A stretch of DNA of 64,000 bases. Origin: Octopus sinensis. Taxonomy: Eukaryota. The position numbers and the translations under genes were made by a program. The stretch covers positions 132,618,001 through 132,682,000 of the forward strand of contig NC_043001.1 in the NCBI RefSeq assembly GCF_006345805.1. The letters are read 5' to 3'. The notes under the pieces are model-generated. The model ran no database searches. It worked only from the letters and a program-made list of their open reading frames with translations, and was not told the origin of the DNA. Position 1 is the first letter of the stretch. The number at the start of each line of letters is the position of its first letter. Shown here piece by piece: positions 1 through 12,448 of the stretch.

Positions 1-136
1 CAAATCAACTCACAAGGCTTTGGTCGGCCCGAGGCTATAGTAGAAGACACTTGCCCAAGGTGCCACGCAGTGGGACTGAACCTGGAACCATGTGGTTCAT
101 AAGCAAGCTACTTACCACACAGCCACTCCTATGCCT
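1..136 (-). mobile_element. tRNA-headed SINE family A, 5' part (cut by the window edge)
   Basis: Reverse complement of the head aggcataggagtggctgtgtggtaagtagcttgc...gggttcagtcccactgcgtggcaccttgggcaagtg, which recurs more than 10 times in the window. Confidence 0.85.
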
Positions 137-241
137 ATTGTTGAAATTCCAACAAAGGAGCCTTGGATCTAGGTTAGAAAATGGCTCTTTTGCTAGTTGC
201 AAGATATCTTGAAATAGAACTGAATAATGTTACTACATACA

Positions 242-272
<31 letters not shown>

Positions 273-1292
273 GTACATATGTATGTACATACATAACGTT
301 ATTATTTAAAACAGTTTGGTTCATCTCCATGCAACTTAAGGTTTTGTAGGCTTCTTACAGAAACTTAGCTCATTACTGAGATTACTGAGCCTAAATGAGC
401 TCAGTTTCAGTAAAATACAGTTTATGACACAGTTCCTCAGCAACTCTAAGGATCAGATTAAAGGATTTGATCATAAATTTATGTTTTTGGAATTGATGCA
501 TGTTCTTGATCACATATCAATCTAGTAAACAAACCATCCATATTCTGCCCAAATATTTTACTTGTTTTATGTTCAAACTGGCCAAATTTGGCCTCTCACA
601 CTTATCCTACAATGTTATTCTAAAAATACACAATCTCATCATGGAAACCTCAAAGATACAAGATAATGCATGATTAATTCACATAATTCCAGGTTCACTT
701 TCACTGTCTTGTACATTGAGGACATGTCTTCTACTAGAGCTAGAGTTCTGAGCCGAGCAAACCCCTGTGAGTGGATTTGGTAGAAAGAAACAGAAAGAAG
801 ACCATCATACATATATATGTGTGTATACATATGAATTTGTGTGTATTTTTGCATCTGTGTTTATCACCTCATTATCACTTGATAACCAGTGTTGGTATGT
901 TTACGTCCCCATAACTTAGCAGTTTGGCAAGAGTCCAACAGAATAAGCACCAGGCTCTAAACACACACACACACATGCACACACACACACACACATACAC
1001 ACACACATGTACACACGCCAGCATTTACAAGCAGTAAATATTATTTACTAATCCTTTATAGGGAAGTTAAGACTTCCAGCCAGTTCAGAGTGTCCCTTTT
1101 GGTAACTGGTAGTACTGAGGGCAAAAAACGCTTCAAATGTGCCTACCAGTCCATAGGTCACACTCTGAACTGACTATGGTGTTTTTAACACCTTTTACCT
1201 AAAGCAAAAAATTTCTTAGTGGGAAACAGCTGGATGCCCTTCCTGATGCCAACCAGTTTATAAAATGCACTTATATATATATATATATATAT

Positions 1293-1545
1293 ATCATCAT
1301 CATCATCATCATCATCATCGTTTAATGTCCGTTTTCTGTGCTAGCACGGGCTGGATGGTTCGACCGGGGTCTGGGAAGCCAGGGGCTGCACCAGGCTCCA
1401 GTCTGATCTGGCAGTGTTTCTACAGCTGGATGCCCTTCCTAATGCCAACCACTCCGCGAGTGTAGTGGGTGCTTTTTACATGCCACCAGCACAAGTGCCA
1501 GGGGAGTCTGGCATCAGCTACGATTGGTTGGTGCTTTTATATATA
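1293..1545 (-). mobile_element. SINE-like repeat family C with (GAT)n tail
   Basis: (cat)n followed by cgtttaatgtccgttttc...gctggatgcccttcctaatgccaacc. Related copies at 4509, 35793, 42140 and 58305. Confidence 0.8.
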
Positions 1546-1554
1546 TATGAACTG

Positions 1555-1888
1555 GCACTCCATCACTTACAATGACTAGGGCTCCAATTGATCTGATCAG
1601 CAGAACAGCTTTACACATGGGATCAATATGCAAGCAGCTGAGCCTTACACGTTAAAGTCACACATACCCCCTTCAGATACTTCTCAGGGAGAATCAACAT
1701 GATACTGAATGTGACAAGAGTGGCCCCTTGAACTACAGGTACTACTCAGTTTTGCCAGCTGAGTGGACTGGAGCAACATGAAATAAAGTGTCTTGCTCAA
1801 GAATACAACATGCTGCTGGCAATCAAACTCATAACCCTACAATCTTGAGCTGAATACCCTAACCACTAAGCCACGTGCCTTCACACAC
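1555..1888 (-). mobile_element. Old tRNA-derived SINE sharing its 3' module with the copy at 10751
   Basis: Degenerate match to the tail of the 10751-11141 element (gttgatc..gatc..cagaacagc, gtgacaag..ggccccttga..tacaggtac). Ends in a tRNA-like head (ccctaaccactaagccacgtgcct). Confidence 0.6.
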
Positions 1889-2181
1889 ACACACACACAC
1901 ATACACACACACATACACATACATATATAAATATATATACAATATACAACATATACATACACACATTTATATATGTGTATATATGTGTGCATATATAATG
2001 TATATACTTACACATATATATATATATACACATATGTATAAACATTCTATAGATGTTACTGGTGTCAATGACAGCTGAATGCCATCACACTCAGTTTTCT
2101 GCATGTTGTTCCTCACTGAGGACCACGTGCACTTTTACACACACACACACACACATACACGTATATTACAATCTATATTTA

Positions 2182-3457
2182 CAGAGGTTGGACAAAATAA
2201 TGGAAACACCTAGCATCATAGCATCATAATTTTGAAATATCTATAAAACCATCAAAAGCTTGTTTATTTTTATGTTTTTGACTTATTATTTGTGTTGCTT
2301 AATATGTTTTGCTAAAATTGCTGTTTCTTTTCAGATATCATCAGAAAAAGGTAATTAAAATTCATTAAAATGACAGATCTATCAGACTTTCAAAGAGGTC
2401 AAATTGTTGGTGCTCGTATGGCAGGTGCTAGCATAATGAAAACAGCTGTAATGTTTGGTGTATCAAGAAGTACTGTCTTGAGAGTAATGACAGCCTTTGA
2501 GAAAGATTGAAAAACCTCCTCGTCAAAACAAAACTCTGGAAGAAAACCCAAACTTTCAGATAGGGACCGTCGGACTCTTACACAAATTCTTAGTAAGGAT
2601 CACACAAATACAGCTCCCAAATTACTGCAAAGCTTAATGACCATCTTGAGAACCAGTTGCCACAAAAACTGTTCACTGGAAGCTGCACAAAGCTGGATTT
2701 CACAGGAGGGCTGCAATAAGTAAACCACAACTTTCAAAAGCAAATGTTGCAAAGCGTTTGGAGTGGAGTAAAAACCTACAGAACTGGTCCCTAGAGCAGT
2801 GGAAGAATGTAATTTTCTTGAGCAAGTCATCCTTTACCTTATTTCTGACCACTGGCTGAGTATATGTGTGGAGACAACCTAAAGAAGCATTTGACACAGA
2901 CTGATTTCTTCTAACTGTTAAACATGGAGGAGGATCTGTGATGATCAGGGGGTGGGGGGCTATATCTTGGAAATTCGCTGGCCCAATGGTTCCTCTTCAT
3001 GGCAGAATTAACAGTCAAGACTTTTTAAGCATTATATCTGATCAAATTCATCCTATGGTTGCGGAACTGTTTCCGGAGGGAAACACAATCTTTCAGGATG
3101 ATAATACACCAATTCACACAGCTAAAGTTGTTACTGAATGGCACAAAGAACATTCTAGTGAAGTTGAACATCTTATCTGGCCACCACAGTCCCCAGATCT
3201 CAATATTATTGAACATTTATGGTGCATTTTAGAAAAACAAGTAAGGAGTCGATATCCTCCACCATCATCACTACAAGAGCTGGAGACTGTTTTAGCTGAA
3301 GAATGGACAAATCTTCCTTTAGAAACAATTCAAACTTTGTACGAGTCAGTACTTCATAGAATTCAAGCTGTAATTACTGCCAAAGACGGTCCTGCCCCTT
3401 ATTAAAATAAGTTTGTTTGGAATTTTAAGGTGTTTCTATTATTTTGGCCAACCCCTG
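2182..3457 (+). mobile_element. Full-length decayed Tc1/mariner DNA transposon with DD36E spacing (Incomer-like)
   Basis: 29-bp TIRs cagaggttggacaaaataatggaaacacc and ggtgtttctattattttggccaacccctg (3 mismatches), with TA on both flanks; 1276 bp long. Confidence 0.93.
2370..3405 (+). pseudogene. Tc1-family transposase pseudogene (stops and frameshifts)
   Basis: N-terminus MTDLSDFQRGQIVGARMAGAS..., then TVKHGGGSVM, FQDDNTPIH and WPPQSPDLNIIEHLW. 36 residues lie between the second D and the E. In-frame TGA near 2508; first catalytic D region damaged. Confidence 0.92.
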
Positions 3458-3786
3458 TATATATTTGTATGGGTGTGTTTCCGTGTCTATATATTTATGC
3501 TATCAGAAGTGCTTTTAGCAATTCAACAAAAAGATATTGGCAAAAATAAGTACCAGGTTGAAATATGTACTGCAGTTAATATGGGAGACTAAACAGCTGA
3601 AAGTACATTCCAAAACATTCGAAGTTCATGAAACTAGTAATAGAATAAATGAATAAATAAGCAAATTCCTTCTGTGAGAAAATGTATTATTCAGTGTTTT
3701 CAAATTAAAATATCATACAATATTGTACTGACTAATGAAAGTTGTTTCCAACTAAAAGTATTTGTAAATAATCGCTTTATAAATGC

Positions 3787-4203
3787 TTAACACTTTAGCA
3801 TTTAAACCAGCCATATCCATCCAAAACATTCTACATGGTGCCCCAGCATGGCCGCGGCCTTCGGGCTAAAAGCATTTTTAAGGATTTAAGGATGTTCAAA
3901 CTGGCCAGATCTGGCTATCTTTCCCGTTTCCTGGCAATGATGTAGTCAATTTGACTAGTGTGTCCACCAGATCGGTAGGTGACTAGGTAACTGGCAGGTT
4001 TCCTGAAGTTAGTATTACAAACCATAAGATCATTTGTATCGCAGAACTCCAGCAGCCTGGTTCCCTCCTCATTGCGGGAAGCAAAATAAGCAATCACATT
4101 ATTGAAATCTCAAAGCTATGAAATAATGCATGATTAACTAAAAAAACAATGTGAATAAATAAGTATTACATTTAACAAAGTAATTTGAAAGCAAAAGTGT
4201 TAA
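3787..4203 (+). mobile_element. TTAA-flanked piggyBac-like MITE carrying two foreign patches
   Basis: Ends are ttaacactttagc...gcaaaagtgttaa. The interior matches related copies at ~530-700, 26724-26921 and ~50027-50205. Confidence 0.7.
3917..4082 (-). pseudogene. Fragment of an RTE-type LINE AP endonuclease
   Basis: RNEEGTRLLEFCDTNDLMVCNTNFRKPASYLVTYRSGGHTSQIDYII, typical of the C-terminal half of an APE domain. Confidence 0.8.
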
Positions 4204-4508
4204 ATTTTGCATTAGTCTGCAACTAACTTTACTGAAATTACAGAAGTAATTACCATGAACCAAAAAAAATTAACATAACTTTGCATCTTATAATATCAAT
4301 TTCAGTATTGGCGCATCTTTCTCTCTGCAGCTTCCATTTCCTGATAGTTGCAGTGGATCAACAGTGTGATGACCAAGAGAGTGCTGGTGTCTACTTGTGA
4401 ATAAATACATGGGTAGTGGAAACAATTAGCAAAAGCATGGTATATAATAACAAATCATCTTTGAGTGTGAGGGACAGCTTTACTAAGAAGCACACCACTA
4501 TCTTAGTT

Positions 4509-4828
4509 CATCATCATCATCATCATCGTTTAGCATCCGCTTTCCATGCTAGCATGGGTTGGACGGTGCAACTGGGGTCTGGGAAGCCAGAAGGCTGAAC
4601 CAGGCCCAGTCTGATCTGGCAATGTTTCTACAGCTGGATGCCCTTCCTAACGCCAACCATTCCGTGAGTGTAGTGGGTGCTTTGTATGTGCCACAGGCAC
4701 AGGTGCCAGGGGAGGCTGGCAAACGGCCATGATCGGATGGTGCTTTTTACGTGCCACTGGCACAGGGGCCAGGCGAAGCTGGCAACATCCACGATCGGAT
4801 GGTGCTTTTTACGTGCCGCCGGCACAAG
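4509..4828 (-). mobile_element. SINE-like family C copy with internal tandem subrepeat
   Basis: (cat)n tail; repeated gatcggatggtgctttttacgtgcc units. Confidence 0.8.
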
Positions 4829-5152
4829 GACAGTTATAAAAAATATAATGTAGTCAAGAATTAACTTTAGCTGTACTTGCTTGTTGAGTGGATATTTCTA
4901 CAATCTTCCAGATTAGGAGAAAAAACAGTATTTCCCAAATGACCATGATTTCAACATTTTGCATTGATTTGTATTAGAAAGGAAGAAAATGTACCAGGAG
5001 GATGATGTGGTTATTTAGAGAGTGTGCAGAATCAGTAAGACTAGCAGGACTTGTGGAAATTCCACAGCGTAAGTCAGCATATTTGAAAACATTATGTTGT
5101 TACATTAAACACAAGCAAGAAATTTTAAAAAATATTATTTTTTTGAAATCCT

Positions 5153-5687
5153 GCAGTGCATGGCATCAAAGTGACACTGGGGTAAAATATATGAAGCCCA
5201 GTATACCCATCATGACTACCCATCTGATAAGGGTACACCAGGCACATGCATTACAACCATATGTGCGCAACATGGTGATTTCATATCAAGATAAACAGCA
5301 CATGACCTTGCGGGTGGGGCCTAGTTTGGATTTTCTTCTAGTCGAGTAACCCATCCTGCTCAAAAGGTCCCTGAATAAGGATTGTTTAAGGATGTTGAAC
5401 GAACCACCCATGTTTCCAAAGGTGAATTATCCAAACCTCTAAGAATTCCTCTCAACACACGGCTATGATGCTCCCCCACTACTTCTGCTCATGATCAGAG
5501 ATAGCCACTAAGGGACATGCTCAACTGGTTAAGGTCAAACAACTGACAAGCAAATCTATGGTATTGAGCAGAATATTTGCTGTAGTCCATCCTTTTTACC
5601 AAGACAAAACAATGTACATGATAACACTTTCAATCAGTTAAGATCAGGAGCCATGCGAGCCACCGTTTGGTACTGCATCAGGGCATT
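5153..5687 (-). mobile_element. ~620-bp non-coding retroelement family E, (TAA)n-associated
   Basis: Colinear with 32277-32897 (gcagtgcatg.catcaaagtgacactgggg ... tactgcatcagggcatt); followed by (cat)/(tta) repeats. Confidence 0.8.
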
Positions 5688-5974
5688 CATCATCATCATT
5701 ATCATCATCATCATTGTTATTATTATTATTATACTTTTAATTTTATGCAAAGAGTCCCTTATTGCAAGATTTTCTTTACTTTCAAATTTATTAATTAGGA
5801 GATGCATTTAATATTTAATTTGTTACTTCATCTGATCATCATTCAACTAGGACTTTTCTGTACCTTATACTTCTTTGTCCTAATATATTTGAAACTTAAA
5901 TATCTAAGTACTCTATGATTTATGTCTTGATACTTTAACCCCAAAATGAAATATTTGGTTGCATGTTACTTTAC

Positions 5975-6134
5975 AGGAGTGGCTGTGTGGTAAGTAGCTT
6001 GCTTACCAACCACATGGTTTCGGGTTCAGTCCCACTGCGTGGCATCTTGGGCAAATGTCCTCTGCTATAGCCCTGGGCTGACCAATGCCTTGTGAGTGGA
6101 TTTGGTAGACGGAAACTGAAAGAAGCCTGTCGTA

Positions 6135-6186
<52 letters not shown>

Positions 6187-6383
6187 CGTTTGTGTGTCTG
6201 TGTTTGTCCCCTTAGCATTGCTTGACAATCGATGCTGGTGTGTTTACGTCCCCGTCACTTAGTGGTTCGGCAAAAGAGACCAATAGAATAAGTCCCGGGG
6301 TCGATTTGCTCAACTAAAGGTGGTGCTCCAGCATGGCCATGGTCAAAATGACTGAAACAAGTAAAAGAGTAAAGAGTAAAGAG
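5975..6383 (+). mobile_element. SINE family A, full length with internal (TA)n/(TG)n
   Basis: tRNA-like head, ccttgggcaa core-like block, central microsatellite and (aaagagt)n tail. Confidence 0.88.
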
Positions 6384-8002
6384 TATCTACTTTAATGGTG
6401 ACATCAACTGGTTATTGTCAAATATTCTTGTATTGAAATGTAAGCTAGTTTCATTAATACTTGACTAATGTGAGTTATTTGTAATTAAAAGGTTTGAATA
6501 TGATCCAAGTTGAATAAATGATATTTGCTAAAGAATATCTTGTGATTTATACTTTTACACAGTTTTATTCAAGTATGCAATGTACAGATTAATCTCCTGC
6601 AACTAATGTAGGGGTATTTCTTTTTGGAGCATTTTGTAAGCAAGTATAGATAGCAATTTGCATTTTTTTTATAACTCTGGAGATGCAACTATCATTAAAT
6701 AAATTGAATATTATATGTTGTTTACTATGTGAGAATATATAAACAAAGACAATTATATAGGTAAATGCTAAGCTGACTTTATTTTATAAGAGCTTGTGTA
6801 TGAAGATATGAATATAGAGATATAGGTATATTATTGTACAAGCACACATACACACACACCTACACATATGGTAATATGTATAGATGTTTGTGCATATTTT
6901 GTGTATATGTTTGTTTGCCTATATTTATGTGTTTATGTATAGTTATAGGCATGTTTGTTCCAGAAGGAAGTACTGAGAAAATTTATTGCAGATTACACCA
7001 GTTTATTCTTAACAATAATTGGCTTGGATGATGATGGGAAGTGTAAAATATTCTATGAGCTATTAAAATTTAAAATTCTAAATTTAATTATACTGAATTG
7101 ATAGGTCTTATTTCAGTATTAAATGTTTTTGGTTTATATAAACAAGTATTGTGAATAATGAAATAAAATTTCTTACTTAAGATCCGAGATAGCTTACCAA
7201 TTGTCTAAATAATAATACCAATTGTTGAAGATAATTACATAGGTAGACGTTAACTTTACTTGAATTTATGAGAAAATGTGGAAATTGTGTACAAACATAG
7301 GAATACTGCAATATATGCATTTGCATTTTTTTGAATACAGAGATATCTCTCTAGTTATGCATAAATGTGCCAGTATATCTGTATGTATGCACATACATAT
7401 ATGTATGTGTGTGTGCAAGGATGTATGTATATGTATGTGCGTGTGCATGGATGTATGTGTTGTAGAAATATACAATCAAGAAGAGGGTGTGAAATATTTG
7501 CAGAGTATACAGGTGATTTTATTACACTTGGCTTGGTTTCTACCTAGTAGTTAGAATTAAAGATTCTGATTTTAATGATAATGTGTTGGTAAAACTTTTA
7601 TCAGCATTGAATGTTTTTTGTACATAGGTATTAGAACCATGAATACTATGAACTTCATATCTAAAAACCAGCCTCACACACACACAACACACACACATAC
7701 ACACACAACACACACACACACACACACAAATATACATGTATACGTTTTTTTGTGTATTGAGGTAACCATTGGTTTCAGGTTAAGAAATATCTTAACAATT
7801 ATTCAAGCCAATCAAATAGAAAAATTGGAGTTTGTCTCCATTTTGGATTAAAAACACAAACACCAATTTTTGCATGTGATCAGCTTCAATAATTGTTGAT
7901 ATATTTCTTAACATGAAACCAAAAGTAGCTTAAAATACACAAATGGAGAATCTGTATCCACCAATGTGGTGTTGAGCACTCATTCTCATTGTTCAATATA
8001 TA

Positions 8003-8412
8003 CTCTCTTTTACTTGTTTAAGTTATTTGACTGTGGCCATGCTGGAGCACCGCTTTTAGTCGAGCAAATCGGCCCCAGGACTTATTCTTTGTAAACCTAG
8101 TACTTATTTTATCAGTCTTTTTGGCTAAACCGCTAAGTTACGGGTATGTAAACACACCAGCATCGGTTGTCAAGTGATGTTGGGGGGACAAACACAGACA
8201 CACAAACATATACACACACATACATACATATATATATATATATATATGACAGGCTTCTTTCAGTTTCTGTCAACCAAATCCACTCACAAGGCTTTGGTCA
8301 GCAGAAGGCTATAGTAGAAGACACTTGCCCAAGGTGCCATGCAGTGGGAATGAACCCAGAACCATGTAGTTGGTAAGCAAGCTACTTACCACACAGCCAG
8401 TCCTGCACCTAT
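8003..8412 (-). mobile_element. SINE family A, full length
   Basis: Reverse complement of 5975-6383. Confidence 0.88.
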
Positions 8413-8439
8413 AAGATAGTTAGATAGATAGATAGATAA

Positions 8440-8812
8440 AACTTACTTCGAAGAAGATGCGTACCATTCAATCATATAATAATATAAATAATATATACAT
8501 ATATATGCATATATACATACGTATAGGTACATACTTACATCTATACGTATACACATATATATATATGCATATGTGGACACATGATGTCATGAAACATGTG
8601 CAACAAAAAAATACAAAATACGAGTACATGGAATATGAACTATTTTTTGAACAACAAAAGACACAAATGGAAAACAAGACAAACAACATAAAGAACAACC
8701 CTTCATCAGTTGATGGCTGTTTTTTCTACTCTCGTATTTCGAGCATTTAACAACAATATATGCTTTTGATAAAACAGTTGACCCCGCAAAGCAATAAATA
8801 TATATTTGGTAT
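8440..8812. mobile_element. Solo arm of the fold-back repeat at 62643-63720 (Penelope-like, tentative)
   Basis: Colinear with 62643-63010 (cattcaatcatataataatataaataat ... gataaaacagttg.cccgcaaagca). Confidence 0.65.
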
Positions 8813-9076
8813 TGGATGAAGGAAATCTACACAAAAAAGTTTAGGAGAGGCAGACAGGAAATAAAATATTGCCAGAAACACTTGACAGAGATAACAGACC
8901 ACTCTCTGATTAATAGTTTTTTTCAGGCATTTTTCAGTTGTTTTCCTTTGATGCTACTAATGTTTTGTAGGAAGAGGTATATGTCTATATATAGGGGTAT
9001 ACAGGTGTGGAAGTATGGTGGTATTGGTGGTGTGAGTGGGTTGAACAGAATATTTAAGCATTCTTCCAATTCTTCA

Positions 9077-9445
9077 TTTCCTGAGTTCAAATTCCACCAA
9101 GGTCAACTTTGCCTTTCATCCTTTCAGGGTCGATAAAATAAGTACCATAGGCTGATGTAATTCACTTACCCACTCCCTCAAAATTGCTGGTCTTGGGCCA
9201 AAATTTGAAACCATTATTATTATTAATGAGGTAGCAAGCTAACAGAATCATTAGCATGCCAGACAAAATGATTAACAGCATTTCATCCATCTTTACATTC
9301 TGAGTTCAAATTCCATCAAGGTCAACTTTGCCTTTCATCCTTTCAGGGTCGATAAATTAAGTACCAGACAAATACTGTGGTTGATGTGATTGACCACCCG
9401 CTTCCCTTCAAAATCCAGGCCTTATGCCTATAGTAGAAAGAATCA
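9077..9445 (+). mobile_element. Two adjacent degenerate copies of SINE family B
   Basis: gagttcaaattcca.caaggtcaactttgcctttcatcctttcagggtcgataaa occurs twice. Confidence 0.75.
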
Positions 9446-10154
9446 TTATCATTATTATTATTATTATTATATTATTATTATTATTATTATTATTATTATC
9501 ATTATTATTATTATTGAAAATACTATTATTTTAACTAATAATTAACTTTTTATTATTGTATTTATTGTAGTAGTTGTAGATTTTTTGGTCTGAAATATTT
9601 TATATTCAAACTATTCTTTTATGTATACAATTAATTTCTCATTAGTATTTAAAGGGTTGCCTATCAAAATTGTAGTGCAATAAAGACATTTCAAAATGGT
9701 CTTTTAGATTATGTTACAAACAAAAGGAGACAGTAAGTATTTCCTCCACACAAATATAAACAACAACCTTTTAGAAAATGTCAAGAAACTGCCAAGTTAT
9801 CGTAGTCGTGTAAAATGCTAGAAATATTTATTTCAAAGGGAGATATTTTGTCCCTCACTCTTATATGACACATACACTCATTATAAACACATACACATAC
9901 ACACACACACATATATACATACATATATAACACATGCGGATAATTAATACACACACACACACAGAGTAAGTATGTATATAAGTATGTGCGATTCTAATAT
10001 TTAGTGAACATACAAAATGTACACAAAAAGATGTGATGGTATATACGGTACCTGTGTCTGTAAGTATGTATATGTATGTGCAGGAGTGTATGTATACATC
10101 AATACCTACATTTATATATATAATTTGATGCATATACACATCTATGGCTTATCT

Positions 10155-10185
<31 letters not shown>

Positions 10186-10750
10186 AATAATCTATATTGA
10201 AAAGTGCATCTATATCATTTATTTGTGTTTGTGTGTGTGTATGTATGTATTATGTATTATGTATTATGTATGTGCATTTTATGTATGAATGTGTATTAAT
10301 TTGAGTTATATTTGTGTGTGTATAAGAAGGTATTGTTGAAATCATCAATGAAGAATCAGTGACTTTTTGACCTCCACTTGACTTATGCAAGTAACCTTTA
10401 TGAAAATGTCATAATAATTCTAAGTTATATGAGTAAACAACAGTCATATGTACTAAGGTATAGGGAAAACTTATTTTACAATTGCTCTTCTTGCATTACC
10501 TTTTCTCTCCTTCTCTACCTACCAACTTTCTTTTTGTTTGTTTGTTTATTCATTTATTTGTGATTTTGTTATCTGTTGTTCATTTAGTCCTAATTAATTA
10601 ATGTAGTCAAAATTAAGAAGTGAACGTTAATAGAAACTGCAATAAAACTCATTAACAATGTCTTTCTATGTAGCAAGAATGATGCAGAAAGAGACCAACT
10701 TCTTGACTCTGATGATCTGAAACCTCTTATAATCCACAGTAATTTACACT

Positions 10751-11141
10751 TTTTTTTAGAAGCACTCCGTCGGTTACGACGATGAGGGTTCCGGTTGATC
10801 CGAATCAACGGAACAGCCTGCTCGTGAAATTAACGTGTAAGTGGCTGAGCACTCCACAGACACGTGCACCCTTAACGTAGTTCTCGGGGATATTCAGCGT
10901 GACACAGAGAGTGACAAGGCCGGCCCCTTGAAATACAGGTACAACAGAAACAGGAAGTAAGAGTGAGAGAAAGTTGTGGTGAAAGAGTACAGCAGGGATC
11001 ACCACCATCCCCTGCCGGAGCCTCGTGGAGCTTTAGGTGTTTTCGCTCAATAAACACTCACAACGCCCGGTCTCGGAATCGAAACCACGATCCTATGACC
11101 ACGAGACCGCTGCCCTAACCACTGGGCCATTGCGCCTCCAC
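10751..11141 (-). mobile_element. Young tRNA-derived SINE family D with 14-bp TSD
   Basis: TSD cagtaatttacact at 10737-10750 and 11142-11155; CpG-rich; tRNA-like head. Confidence 0.9.
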
Positions 11142-11189
11142 CAGTAATTTACACTAATGTATAGGTATCTGTATTTCATTCAATTCCTT

Positions 11190-11520
11190 TCTTTTATTCC
11201 TTTAGTCATCAGGCTGCAGCCATGCTGGGGCACTGCCTCAAAGAATTTTTAGTCAAATAAATCGACTCCAGTACTTTTTTGTTTTTGAAGCTCAGTGCTT
11301 ATTCTATTGGTCTCTTCTGCTGAACCTCTAAGTTACAGGGACATAAACACACCAACACTGGTTGTCAAGTGGTGGTAGTAGACAAACACACACACATATA
11401 TACAATGGGCTTCCTTCAGTTTCTTTCTACCAGATCCACTCACAAAGCTTTCGGTAGCCCAAGACGATAAGAAAAGACAATTGTCCAAGGTGCCACGCAG
11501 TGGGACTGAACCCACATATC
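11190..11520 (-). mobile_element. Degenerate SINE family A copy
   Basis: Contains catgctggggcactgcc, aacactggttgtcaag and ccaaggtgccacgcagtgggactgaacc blocks. Confidence 0.75.
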
Positions 11521-12299
11521 ATACAGTCATGCCTGTGCCTTCCACACAGCCATATTTGTACCCTAATTATTTAGGTAAATTTAATATTTTGTTTAATTTA
11601 GAGGGTTTTGACCAAGGTGACAATCACAGGTTTGGAAAAATCTGTAATCTGAAAAAACTTTGGAATCTAGGGTTTCCCACATAAGCAGAAGGCCACACAT
11701 TTTGGGTATAGTCTATTGAACTGACCCCAATAAATCAAATACATGAACCACAAATCAGTTTCAATGAGTGTACCCTTAATTCACTCATTGAATCATACTG
11801 CACATGGAAATATAGTGTACGTGGTTGTGTATCTACAACACAGTCATAGATAGCTGTAATGAAACCACCCCAGGGGAATCAGTAGAAAGAATGTTGGCGT
11901 TTTGAATGACTGTTATAATCCATTAGATGAGCCTCTGCACACTCCCTATCTGCCCAATTGCACTGAAAAATCTTTGCTTATAGCAGAAGTACCTCTCAAT
12001 GGGATTGAACTCAGAAACTCATGTTTATGAAGTAAACATCCTAATAATCCATCCATGCTTTCAACTAGTCCACCATAGAGGGTACATATTTCCATGATCT
12101 CAAGCAAATGAAAAGCAAAGTATCTATATACCATTGAAGGGTCCAACAAATTGACCCCAGTACTTATCTTTTAAGCCTGGTACTTATTCTGTCAATCTCC
12201 CTTTACCAAACCATGAACTTTCAGAACATAAATAAACCAACACTAGTTGTGAAGTGATGGTGAGAGGCAAACACAGACACAAAAACAAACACACATAGC

Positions 12300-12448
<149 letters not shown>

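Larger units (their letters stand above)
4331..10760 (+). other. Candidate multi-exon plus-strand gene (unidentified)
   Basis: Short purine-rich islands bounded by AG/GT with compatible phases: 4331-4363, 4978-5034, 6964-7040, 7466-7512, 8971-9031, 10425-10457, 10674 onward. Several splice sites are weak and I recognise no domain. Confidence 0.25.

Noticed and set aside
5975-6060. tRNA-like A/B box sequences (many copies)
   Set aside because: These are SINE heads continuing into SINE bodies, with no complete cloverleaf, so not tRNA genes.
7466-7490. EIYNQEE resembles the kinesin LEIYNEE motif
   Set aside because: Wrong strand and wrong position relative to the KIF17 exons, and the flanking residues do not match.
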